Source: an uncultured delta proteobacterium | GTDB taxonomy: Bacteria; Myxococcota_A; Polyangia; Polyangiales; B10-G4 | DNA length: 64,000 nt | Reading direction: 5' to 3' | Assembly: GCA_963727445.1 (NCBI GenBank) | Contig: CAVSGI010000015.1 | Span: forward strand, 32,001-96,000 | Shown: positions 49,397 through 59,878 of the stretch, piece after piece | How positions within the stretch are numbered: position 1 is the stretch's first letter | Layout of the letters: each line of letters starts with the position of its first letter | Made by a program: the position numbers and the translations under genes | The notes under the pieces: generated by a model | Told to the model about the DNA's origin: nothing | The model's database searches: none | Seen by the model: only the letters and a program-made list of their open reading frames with translations

Positions 49397-51255
49397 CGCT
49401 CCTCCGGTTGCAGATGGTATTCGGCCTGGAGCGAGGTCGTGAGACCGTCGACCAGATCGAGATCGGCGGCGTGATAGGCGACGAGGGCCTCGCCCATGCG
49501 CCGCGCGAGCAGCCCATAGCCCCCGAGCTCGTTCAGGGACAGCAGCAGGACGCCTTGGTCGAGGCGCGGGTCGTCGACCGGCAGGTGGATGCGCGAGACC
49601 GCCTCGGCCGGCGCCACACGGCTGCCGAGGGACCAGGCGCGGAGCTTCGGATGCTCGACCTCGGCGCTCGCGCGCGCGACCGCCGCGGCGAGCGCTTCGT
49701 CGCCAGCGACGTAGAGACTGCCGGCGAGATCACGGCGCACCGCGTCTTCGGTGAGGATCCCGCCCACCTGCGCGACGAGCTGAGGCGTCATCACCACGTG
49801 CCGCGACAGGCTCTCCTCGTCGTGGGCCTTGCGGAGGTCCTGGTGGATCGCGATCGAGCCATCCCGTCCCACCGCCATGTCGTCCTCGCTGCCGAGGAGG
49901 CATCCCACCGCATCCCAGAAAGGCATCCCTTCGAGGCCCAGGCGACGGTAGACGCCGTTGCGCGAGCCCTCGGTGCGACGACGCGCCGCGCGAAGCAGCC
50001 GACCGAAGTCGCGCCCATCGCTCGGAAAGACACCGATGCCGACGATCGGGGTGAGCGAGCCCAGGCCGGCGAGGACGTCGAGGCTCGAGAGGCGACCGCG
50101 GATCCGACGGCGACACGCGAGGGCACCGAGGAGCCCGGTCTCGGGCAAGAGCACGTAGAGCTCGTCGTCCTCGACGCGCGCGACCACGTCCGAGTCGCGC
50201 ACGGCGTCGAGCAGCGCATCGGCGAGGCTCTGCCTCAGCGTGCGCATGTCGTTGCGACTCAGGAAACGGCGGTTGTCCTCGAGGCCGTCGAGGCTGACGG
50301 TGAGCAGGCTGAAGCGGCGTCCATGGCGGGCGGCGCGATCGATCTCGCGGCCGGCGACGTCGCCGAAATACGCGAAGGTGTAAGCGCTGGTGTCGGGATC
50401 CTTGATACCGGTGCGCGCGATGGCGTCGACCTTGCGCGCCGCACTGAAGGCTGCGGTGGCGAGCCCCGCGATCACCTCGAGGGCCTGACGCGTATCGTCG
50501 TCGATGGCGGCGACGCCCACCATCTCGATGATCGCGAGCAGATCGGAGCCGCCCATCGCGTTGAGGCGCAGGCGATCGCCGTGCCACTGCACGGTGAGTG
50601 TGGGGTCGACGTGGGCGAGGTCCATGGTGTCGAGGACGCCGCTGGTCGCGTCGCCGTCGCCGAGATTGGCGGCGCGGAGATAGCGCACCGACGCGGGGAG
50701 CTCCGGCAGGTAGACCGCGCTCGCCTTGGCGTCGACCTCGGCGTTGCACGCGTCGAGGACGCGCGCCGCGACCGCGCGGGCGTCGGTCTCCGCGACGAAA
50801 GCCGCGCAGCGCGCGTAGGTCGCGTTGCGACGCTGGCTGCCCTCGCGCTCGGCGGCGAGGCGACTTCGCTCCCGGATGAGCACGCGGCGCTCGCGGGCGC
50901 GGTCGACGGTGACCATCAAGCCGTCGCCGGTGAGGGGGAGCACGACCGTGGCCAGCACGCCGAGCGCCATCGCGTGCGCGCTCTCGGCGAGCTCTTCGGG
51001 CTCCGCCATCACCAGGACGTCCACGTCCGAGTGGAGCGCGCGGAGGTGGTGCACCAGGGCGAGCCCGTCACCGCGCGGCAGCGAGATGCCCACGATGGCG
51101 ACGTCGAAACGCGTCTCGGAGAGCCGCGTGAGCGCGGCCGTCACCGACTTGGCGATCTCCGCGTGATCTCCGTGGTCCTCGAGCACGCGCGCCGCGAAGC
51201 TCGCATCCTCCTCGCGCGCGGCGCACACCAGCACCGATAGAGACGGTCGCTCCAC
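49393..51255 (-). CDS. Atypical receiver + GAF-like + degenerate GGDEF protein
   Basis: GGGGGAG RBS then GTG 51255; DVAIVGISLP (no phospho-Asp); RDSDVVARVEDDEL. Confidence 0.82.
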   Translation of the reverse strand: MERPSLSVLVCAAREEDASFAARVLEDHGDHAEIAKSVTAALTRLSETRFDVAIVGISLPRGDGLALVHHLRALHSDVDVLVMAEPEELAESAHAMALGVLATVVLPLTGDGLMVTVDRARERRVLIRERSRLAAEREGSQRRNATYARCAAFVAETDARAVAARVLDACNAEVDAKASAVYLPELPASVRYLRAANLGDGDATSGVLDTMDLAHVDPTLTVQWHGDRLRLNAMGGSDLLAIIEMVGVAAIDDDTRQALEVIAGLATAAFSAARKVDAIARTGIKDPDTSAYTFAYFGDVAGREIDRAARHGRRFSLLTVSLDGLEDNRRFLSRNDMRTLRQSLADALLDAVRDSDVVARVEDDELYVLLPETGLLGALACRRRIRGRLSSLDVLAGLGSLTPIVGIGVFPSDGRDFGRLLRAARRRTEGSRNGVYRRLGLEGMPFWDAVGCLLGSEDDMAVGRDGSIAIHQDLRKAHDEESLSRHVVMTPQLVAQVGGILTEDAVRRDLAGSLYVAGDEALAAAVARASAEVEHPKLRAWSLGSRVAPAEAVSRIHLPVDDPRLDQGVLLLSLNELGGYGLLARRMGEALVAYHAADLDLVDGLTTSLQAEYHLQPEER

Positions 51256-51263
51256 GCTCCCCC

Positions 51264-51428
51264 CTAGTGCCTGGTCCAATGACGTACGAGGGTTCTCGCT
51301 CGTTCGTCGGCCCCCTCGCAGCGTCCGCAAACCTCGAATGTGCGCTGCGCGTCCTTCGGTTTCCCTCCTTGCGACGCGGCCGACGCCCATCGCGATCTCC
51401 CCTTCCACGTCATTGGACCAGACACTAG
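51264..51428. mobile_element. 165-bp MITE with 22-bp terminal inverted repeats and CTAG ends
   Basis: CTAGTGCCTGGTCCAATGACGT ... ACGTCATTGGACCAGACACTAG (21/22 match); related partial copy at 9880-9995. Confidence 0.82.
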
Positions 51429-52234
51429 GCTCGGCTCACCGTTCCGGCGAACACCCGTCGCGCCGGGCCGGTCATCGAGACCCGGCTGCCGCGCTCCCCC
51501 ACCACGATCTCGAGCACACCGCCGGGGAGCCCGACCTTCAAAGGCTCGCCGCGCTTCGCCCGCCCCGTCTCCACCGCCGCCACCGCCGCCGCGCAAGCGC
51601 CGGTGCCGCAGGCGCGCGTCCAACCGACGCCGCGCTCGTAGACGGCGAGCTTCATCTCGGCGGGCCCGACCATCGCCGCGAAGCCCACGTTCACCCGCTC
51701 CGGGAAGCGCGCGTCGCCTTCGAGGCGCGGGCCCAGCGCGCCGCGCTCGCCCTCGGGGACGTCGAAGAGCACCACGTGCGGATTGCCCATGGAGACGCAC
51801 GTGACCCGATGGGTTCGCCCGTCCACGTCCCACGCCCTGTCGATCACCACGTCGTCCGCCGTGACCGGCAGGTCGGCGGGATCGAGGGAGGGCACCGCCA
51901 TCTCCACGCGCACGCGCCCGTCGCCGAGCACCTCGCAGCGGTGGGGGCCCGCGTCGGTCTCGACCTCGAAGGCCCTCGCGTTCGCGTCCACGCGCGGCGC
52001 GAGATGGAGCGCGACGCAGCGCAAGCCGTTGCCGCACATCTGCGGCGTGGAGCCGTCGGCGTTGATGACGCGCATGAAGGGCACACCCGACGCCAGCCCC
52101 GTGATCAAGACCCCGTCGGCGCCGATGCCGAGGTGGCGATCGCACATCGCGATCGCCTCGTCACGCGGCACGTCCTCGTCGACGACGATGAAGTCGTTCC
52201 CGAGGCCTTCGTATTTTGTGAAGGTGAGCTCCAC
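51425..52234 (-). CDS. dapF: Diaminopimelate epimerase
   Basis: FTKYEGLGNDF, GIGADG, MCGNGLRC, SMGNPH, ERGVGWTRACGTGA. Confidence 0.97.
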   Translation of the reverse strand: MELTFTKYEGLGNDFIVVDEDVPRDEAIAMCDRHLGIGADGVLITGLASGVPFMRVINADGSTPQMCGNGLRCVALHLAPRVDANARAFEVETDAGPHRCEVLGDGRVRVEMAVPSLDPADLPVTADDVVIDRAWDVDGRTHRVTCVSMGNPHVVLFDVPEGERGALGPRLEGDARFPERVNVGFAAMVGPAEMKLAVYERGVGWTRACGTGACAAAVAAVETGRAKRGEPLKVGLPGGVLEIVVGERGSRVSMTGPARRVFAGTVSRA

Positions 52235-52256
52235 GGCGCGGATTGTAACCCCAAGC

Positions 52257-53471
52257 TCAGCGAACCCGAACGACGGTGCCAGGGGAGCGATCGGTGGGAA
52301 GGATCGCGTACCAGCCGACGGGGAGCACCGGCTCGGTGAAACCGAAGAGCCAGCGGGCGTCGGCGGGGGAGAGGTTCACGCAGCCGTGGCTGCGGCGGCG
52401 CCCGAAGTCGTCGTGCCAGAAGGCGGTGTGAAAGCCGTTGGAGCCCTCGAAGTACTGGACCCAGGGGACCGACTCGATGGAGTAGTTTCGCTCGACGTCG
52501 GTGCGCTCGAGGTCGTCCATGTCGCTCGTCGCGAGCTTGACCCAGACGCGGTGGATGCCGAGGGGCGTCTCGTGGGTGGGGCGGTTTCGCCCCGTGGAGA
52601 CCAGGGTCACGTAGACCGCGTGATCGCCCTCGTAGGCGGTCATCACCTGCTCTTCGACGTCCACGTCGAGCCAGCGCTCGTCCGGACCCACGTCCTCGGG
52701 CCGCGCGACGACCGTAGCGCGATGCAGGTCCGTCTTGCGCATGAAGGTGTCGTCCGTCAGGCGCACGTAGGCGCGGCCGACGTCTTCGGCGACGTGCACC
52801 ACGTCACGCTGTCCGGCCCGACCCACGACGCGCCCGCCCGGCCGGGCGTAGATGCGCGCGTTCTGACGGCGGACGAAGGCGATGTCGAGAGGGTCGTCGG
52901 GGCCGAGGCTCACGCCGCGAAAGGCGCTGCCGTGAACGAAGCGGAGGTTCCCACGCTCGACCCAGAGACCGCGGCGGGTCTGGAAGAAGGTGAGCCCGTC
53001 GTAGTGTGCGCGGCGCAGGAGCACCAGCCCGAAGCCTTCGCCGTACGCTTCGACGTACTGGTCGGCGTCGTAGTCGGAGGGGCGAGCATAGGCGCGGGTG
53101 CCGTCGAAGGTGACGAAGGCGTAGACGTAGGGCAGGAGCGCCTCGCCGTGCATCACGGGTTGGGCGACGCCACCGGGCTCCTCGGCGGAGGGGCGGACGT
53201 CGTGCGCGCAGACGAAGGCCTCCTCGCCCACCTGAAACCAGAAACCGGTCGGGCAGCCGTTCCCCGCGAGACGCCGCACGAGGGGAAGGCGCGTGCCTTC
53301 GGCGACCGTTCCCCGGCGCGCTGCGCCCTCACGGGCGGCGACGCGGATCACCACGCCGTCGTCGATCACCTCGACCGAGCGCGCCCAGCTCGGTGGAGGC
53401 ACCGCGCTCTGCGCCGCCGCGCCGAGGGGCGGGAGCAGGAAGAGTAGAGCCAACGTGAGCGTGGGCCGCAC
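52257..53471 (-). CDS. L,D-transpeptidase (YkuD family), exported
   Basis: Signal peptide; VSTG, TPLG, FHTAFWHDDFGRRRSHGCVN. Confidence 0.92.
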   Translation of the reverse strand: MRPTLTLALLFLLPPLGAAAQSAVPPPSWARSVEVIDDGVVIRVAAREGAARRGTVAEGTRLPLVRRLAGNGCPTGFWFQVGEEAFVCAHDVRPSAEEPGGVAQPVMHGEALLPYVYAFVTFDGTRAYARPSDYDADQYVEAYGEGFGLVLLRRAHYDGLTFFQTRRGLWVERGNLRFVHGSAFRGVSLGPDDPLDIAFVRRQNARIYARPGGRVVGRAGQRDVVHVAEDVGRAYVRLTDDTFMRKTDLHRATVVARPEDVGPDERWLDVDVEEQVMTAYEGDHAVYVTLVSTGRNRPTHETPLGIHRVWVKLATSDMDDLERTDVERNYSIESVPWVQYFEGSNGFHTAFWHDDFGRRRSHGCVNLSPADARWLFGFTEPVLPVGWYAILPTDRSPGTVVRVR

Positions 53472-53635
53472 CCGTCGATCCTAGCGGACCCACCTACCCC
53501 ATCCGAAAGTTCGTGCTCCGCTGGGACGGGTCGGCACGCAAGCCTTGCTCGGCGGGACGCGAGCGCGCGGAAACGACCTGGGGTCTCGTTCCCGATCCCT
53601 GAATGATCTCAAAGGTGAGCGTATGTAGGCAAAGG

Positions 53636-53651
53636 TGGTCGCGTTCTTGCT
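53636..53651 (+). promoter_or_regulatory. Possible sigma54 promoter
   Basis: TGGTCGCGTTCTTGCT, GG-N10-GC, 12 nt before ATG 53664. Confidence 0.4.
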
Positions 53652-53663
53652 CTACCCCCGGAC

Positions 53664-53954
53664 ATGCTCACTGCTACCTCCCCATTCCTCTCCCCGATCC
53701 CCACCCCCGCGCCGAAGCGTCACCTTCGGCTCATCCCGCACGTCCTGCCGGACCTCACCGAGCACGCGCGGCTTCTCCCCCCCGAGATCACCGACCTCAC
53801 CCCCCACGCCATCGTCTGTCCTCCCGAGATCGAGGACATGACCAACCACGCCAAGCTCCTCACCCCGCCCCCCGTCCCCGCCGAGCTTCGCGCCTCCACC
53901 CCTGACGTCGTCAGCGCCATGCGCGACCTCTACGCCGCCCTCCGCGCAGCCTGA
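53664..53954 (+). CDS. Small Pro-rich protein with three 14-aa repeats
   Basis: PDLTEHARLLPPEI / TDLTPHAIVCPPEI / EDMTNHAKLLTPPP; C-ending codon bias in this frame. Confidence 0.55.
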   Translation: MLTATSPFLSPIPTPAPKRHLRLIPHVLPDLTEHARLLPPEITDLTPHAIVCPPEIEDMTNHAKLLTPPPVPAELRASTPDVVSAMRDLYAALRAA

Positions 53955-54344
53955 GTGGCCGGCCGAAGGCCGCCACCCGGCGCCGCAGGCGCCGTGCAGG
54001 GGAGGCCGACAGCACGCGCAGATCTACCCGGGGCGGCGGTATCGCCGCCCCGCTCCTCGCGCATCTCCCGTCGGCCGCGGGGACGCAGTCCCCGAGGGGA
54101 GCGTGGAGGGGGCGAAAGCCCCCTCACCAAAACAAAACCTCATCTCACACATCTCGTCGCGCGCCGTGGCCGGCCGAAAGGCCGCCACCCGGCGCCGCAG
54201 GCGCCGTGCAGGGGAGGCCGACAGCACGCGCAGATCTACCCGGGGCGGCGGTATCGCCGCCCCGCTCCTCGCGCATCTCCCGTCGGCCGCGGGGACGCAG
54301 TCCCCGAGGGGAGCGTGGAGGGGGCGAAAGCCCCCTCACCAAAA
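53955..54344 (+). repeat. Two direct copies of a 178/179-bp multi-hairpin element with a 33-bp spacer
   Basis: 53955-54132 and 54166-54344 are identical except for one A. Confidence 0.95.
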
Positions 54345-54349
54345 TCTAA

Positions 54350-55876
54350 CTAATGCGGAATGAAGCCGCCGAACCACGCGGCGGCGGCGCCGCCGGCCAG
54401 CAGCACCAGCACGATCGCGACGTAGATCAGGGCGTTGCTGCCGCCCTTCTTGGCTGGAGGCCGCGCCGATCGACGGAGCTCCTCCGGCGAGGGCAGCGTG
54501 TGCTTCGCGCTGGGATCGATCCGCGGGGCGCGCTCGACCCGAGGCTCGGGGGGCGGCGGTTGGGGCGCTGGCTCGCTGGGCTTCTTGAAAGTCCGCTGCG
54601 AGGGGCGCTCGGACGGCACCCGCGGATGCTCGTTGGTGTCGCCGCCCTCGAGGAGCTGGGCGAGATCGCTGGTCTCGTCGATCGCGCCGGACTCGCGCCA
54701 CCCGGGCTCGCTCCCGAGGCCTACCGATTGGCCGTGCACCTCGAGCGCAGCCCCCACCTCGTCGTCGTTCGCGAACCAATCGGCGGGGTTTTCGAAGCTG
54801 CCGATGTCGAGCGGCTGCGCGCCGACCACGTCCTCGGGGCAGAGCGGCTGCGCGCCCGGATTGAGCGGGATCGGCCATGTCGTCGAGAGAGGTGAAGGAG
54901 AGCAGCTCCTCCTGGATGAGCCGATCGATGATCGACTGCGTCCTGCGACTTGCGGCGGCTTCTTGCCGGCGACGCCTCTTGACCAGGGCGGCGATGTCGT
55001 ACGCCGTCACCTTCATCTGATGGCTGAAGAGGTAGCCCGCGAGGGCGTCGCCGAACTCGCGAGCAGGACTGGTAGCGATCCGCCGGATCGCTGGGCCAGC
55101 GCCTTGACGAGGACGCCCTCGAACTCTTCGTCGACCTCGGGGTTGAGCCGCGCGAGGCTCGGGACGTTCGCCTGCTGGACCAGCTTCACCGTCTGGTAGT
55201 CGGTCTCGCCGAGGAAGAGCCGCCGACCGGCGAGCATCTCCCAGAGCACGATGCCGAGCGCGAAGATGTCCGCGCGCGCGTCGACCTCCTGGCCCATGCG
55301 CGGCCTCGGGCGAGAGGTAGCTGAACTTGCCCTTCACCACGCCCGGGTCGGTCTTCTCGAGCTGGGTCGTGGCCTTGGCGAGACCGAAGTCGGTGACCTT
55401 CACCTCGCCGCGCTTGGTGATGAGGATGTTCGGCGGCGAGATGTCGCGGTGGACGATGTCGGAGCTGCTCGCCCTCGTCGCCCAGAGTCTCGTGGGCGTA
55501 GCTCAGGCCGCGGCAGGCCTCCATGCAGATGTAGATCGCCTCCTTCATCGGGAAGCGCTGGCCCGGCCTGGCGCAGGCCCTCGATGATCGTCTTGAGGTT
55601 GCACCCGTCCACGAACTCCATGACGATGAAGTAGGTGTTGTCCGCCGCGCCGATATCGAAGACGGTGACGATGTTGGCGTGGTTCAGGCGCGCGCCGAGG
55701 CGGGCCTCGTCCAGGAACATCGAGATGAAGTTCTTGTTCTGCGCCAGGTGCGGCAGGACGCGCTTGATGGCGACCTGCTTCTTGAAGCCCTGGACGCTGA
55801 GGGCCTCGCCGCGGAAGACCTCGGCCATGCCGCCGGCTTCGAGGCGGTCGACGACGCGGTATCGCTGTTCGGCCAT
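54350..55876 (-). CDS. Ser/Thr protein kinase with C-terminal TM helix; multiple frameshifts
   Basis: GGMAEVF, VAIKR, HRDISPPN, DFGLAK, YLSPE, ADIFALG in successive frames. Confidence 0.85.
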
Positions 55877-56063
55877 GAGTGCGTGGGGGAACGGCGAAGG
55901 ATTTCGGCCCAGATCCCGCGGCCGAGGATCTCGTGGTATCCGCGGCACGATAGCGTCAAGACTTGTGGGGATCGTCGGGTCCCTCAGCACGACGATCGCC
56001 TTGACGCCCCGAATCCCGCGCGGACGGTTGACTGCGCAGTTGCGAGCCAGGTTGACTGCGCCC

Positions 56064-56739
56064 GTGCCCGATCGCCCAAGCGCCCAGTCTGCATCGCTCC
56101 CTCCATCCTGTCGGCCGACTTCGGCCGGCTCGGCGACGGAGGTCCGCGCCGTCGACGAAGCGGGCGCCGACTGGATCCACGTGGACGTGATGGACGGGCG
56201 CTTCGTCCCGAACCTCACGATCGGCCCGCCGGTGGTGAAGGCCTGCGCGGGGCCACCGACCTGCCCCTCGACGTGCCACCTGATGATCGTGGAGCCAGAG
56301 CGCTACGTCGAGGCCTTCGCCGAGGCGGGGGCGGACATCATCACGGTGCACGCCGAGGCCTGCGCCTCACCTGCACCGGACGCTGCAGCAGATCCGCGGG
56401 CCTCGGCAAGAAGGCCGGCGTGTCGCTCAACCCCCACACCCCGAGCGACGTGCATCGCGCTACGTCTGGAGCAGCTCGACCTGGTCCTGGTGATGAGCGT
56501 CAATCCCGGCTTCGGCGGCCAGACCTTCATCGCCGCGGTGCTGCCGAAGATCGAAGCGTCTGCGGAAGATGATCGACGAGGCGGGCTACGACATCGTCCT
56601 CGAGGTGGACGGCGGCGTGAAGCCGGGGACCGCGAAGCAGGTGGTCGAGGCCGGGGCGGACATGCTGGTCGCAGGCAGCGCCGTTTTCGGCGCGGAAGAC
56701 TACGCGGCGCGCCATCGAGGCGCTCCGAGAGGACGCGGC

Positions 56740-56743
<4 letters not shown>
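56064..56743 (+). CDS. rpe: Ribulose-phosphate 3-epimerase; multiple frameshifts; start approximate
   Basis: [44 protein letters not shown]. Confidence 0.9.
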
Positions 56744-58129
<1,386 letters not shown>

Positions 58130-58166
58130 TCCGCGACCGCGCTTCGTCGCTGCACGCCCTCACACT

Positions 58167-59246
58167 TCAGTCGCAGATGCCCCAGGGCGGGCTGAGGTCG
58201 ACGCAGCTCAGCGGACCCGGACACGCGGGCGCCCGGCTGTCGCAGAACATGTAGCAGTAGAAATCACCCGTTCCGTACGCGTAGCAGCCGAACCCGATCT
58301 GGCAGTCGAAGTCGTCGCCACAGGGGTCGCCGTCGAGGCCCCTCCCACTCCCGCTGCAGTAGGTGTGGCCGTCGGGATCGTAGATGTTGCACTTCATCCC
58401 CGCGGGGCAGACGCCGGGAGAAGTGGGATCGCAGGAGGTGGTGCAAAGGCCCGGTCCGAAGTCCGTGGAGCAGGTCGAACCGCTGCCCGAACAGTCCCCG
58501 TCGCCCGTGCAGAAGTGACGACAGGTCTTGGGCGGAGACCCGTCGTAGTTGGAGACCATGCAGCCATAGCCGGGCGCGCAAGCCGACTGATCGCTGCAGA
58601 GGGTGGCTTGCGTTCCAGGACCGTCCGGCACGCACACGAAGGCGTCCATGACGGCGTCGTCGATGCTGCAGTGCTGACCCGTGGGGCAGCCGGTGCCCAT
58701 GGTGGAATCCGAAGCGCTGCATGACGTCGGGGCGTCCGGGCCCGTGTCCATCGCGGCGTCCGCATCGGGGGGGCCGCTGTCGGTGCGCATCCCGTCCATC
58801 GTCGCGTCCCGGATCCCGCCGTCCGAGGTGCCGCTCTCGCACACCCCTCGCGCGCACTGCTCGATGGGGCAGCGGCGGACGCCCGGGGCGCTCTCGAGCT
58901 GCACCTGGACACGACCGCCGTCAATCAACGGAAGCGTCCGCTCGACGCACGCCGTGGCGTAGGCGATGCATTCGTCGTCGAGGGCCACCGCCTCGAAGGC
59001 GTAGTCGCCGGGTGGGAGCACGGGCGGAAGCGCACCGACGGGCGAGAGCGGCTCGACGACCGAGAAGTACCGCTCCTCCCCGCCGCAGCCCCCGGCGTAA
59101 ATCCGCGTCTCCACCCGCACCGCGCGGGTGGTGTCCACGCCCGGGCCGAAGAGAACCACCCAGGTGAGATCCCGGTCGGCCTTGCCGCACGCCGCGCAGA
59201 CGATGCACAGGAGACTTGCGCCGAGGAGTCGTCTACGCGCCGACAT
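58167..59246 (-). CDS. Cys-rich lipoprotein
   Basis: CAAC lipobox; D/G/A linker; multiple Cys-rich modules. Confidence 0.8.
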   Translation of the reverse strand: MSARRRLLGASLLCIVCAACGKADRDLTWVVLFGPGVDTTRAVRVETRIYAGGCGGEERYFSVVEPLSPVGALPPVLPPGDYAFEAVALDDECIAYATACVERTLPLIDGGRVQVQLESAPGVRRCPIEQCARGVCESGTSDGGIRDATMDGMRTDSGPPDADAAMDTGPDAPTSCSASDSTMGTGCPTGQHCSIDDAVMDAFVCVPDGPGTQATLCSDQSACAPGYGCMVSNYDGSPPKTCRHFCTGDGDCSGSGSTCSTDFGPGLCTTSCDPTSPGVCPAGMKCNIYDPDGHTYCSGSGRGLDGDPCGDDFDCQIGFGCYAYGTGDFYCYMFCDSRAPACPGPLSCVDLSPPWGICD

Positions 59247-59416
59247 CGAGTCGGAGTATAGGCGGAGTCGTGTCCAAACGCCGACTTGGGTGCGTCCACT
59301 CGCCATACGCAGATTGCGCGCCCCTTCTTCGGCAGCTCGCATCGAATTCGTTTGCACGGGCATGCATTGACGGTGTCAGGGCAGGGCATACCTCAGAAGT
59401 CAGAGGAGGCCTGGCC

Positions 59417-59875
59417 ATGGAAAAGAAGAACTGGATGATTACCGTCGTTGCCATCCTCGCCCTCGGTGGCGGGGGGTATGGCGCGTGTGTCGCGATGACC
59501 GACGGCGCGCAAGACCAACTGACGATGGACCAAGGTATCGCCGACCCCGGCACCGATCCGCCGCCCTACAACCTGCCCGATGCGGACATCGAGTTGGTTG
59601 TGGACACGCCTGAGGCGAATCCCGCTGTGGTCCCGACGGATCCCCTCGAGGGAGTCATCGCACAACCGCAGATCGAGGACATGCCCGAGAACCAGGTGCA
59701 GCAGGCAGTGCCCGCGCAGACTGTCATCGAGGGCGTCGAGCTCGACCGACAGCAGCCGCCATGCAACGGCGACCCCACCTGTGAGAGCGAGCGCCAGCAG
59801 GTGCGCGACAATCGGATGACCAGCAACGAGCCCGGACCGGTTCAACCGGCCATGCCCGCCCAGCCGGTCCACTGA
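59417..59875 (+). CDS. Hypothetical exported or membrane-anchored Pro/Gln/acidic protein
   Basis: AGGAGG RBS; N-terminal hydrophobic helix. Confidence 0.7.
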   Translation: MEKKNWMITVVAILALGGGGYGACVAMTDGAQDQLTMDQGIADPGTDPPPYNLPDADIELVVDTPEANPAVVPTDPLEGVIAQPQIEDMPENQVQQAVPAQTVIEGVELDRQQPPCNGDPTCESERQQVRDNRMTSNEPGPVQPAMPAQPVH

Positions 59876-59878
59876 CCG

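Noticed and set aside
51256..51408. N-terminal 51 aa of ORF 49393-51408
   Set aside because: Lies inside the MITE; an RBS and GTG at 51255 give a better start
53955..54344. CRISPR array
   Set aside because: Repeats are 178 bp, there are only two units, and no cas genes are present
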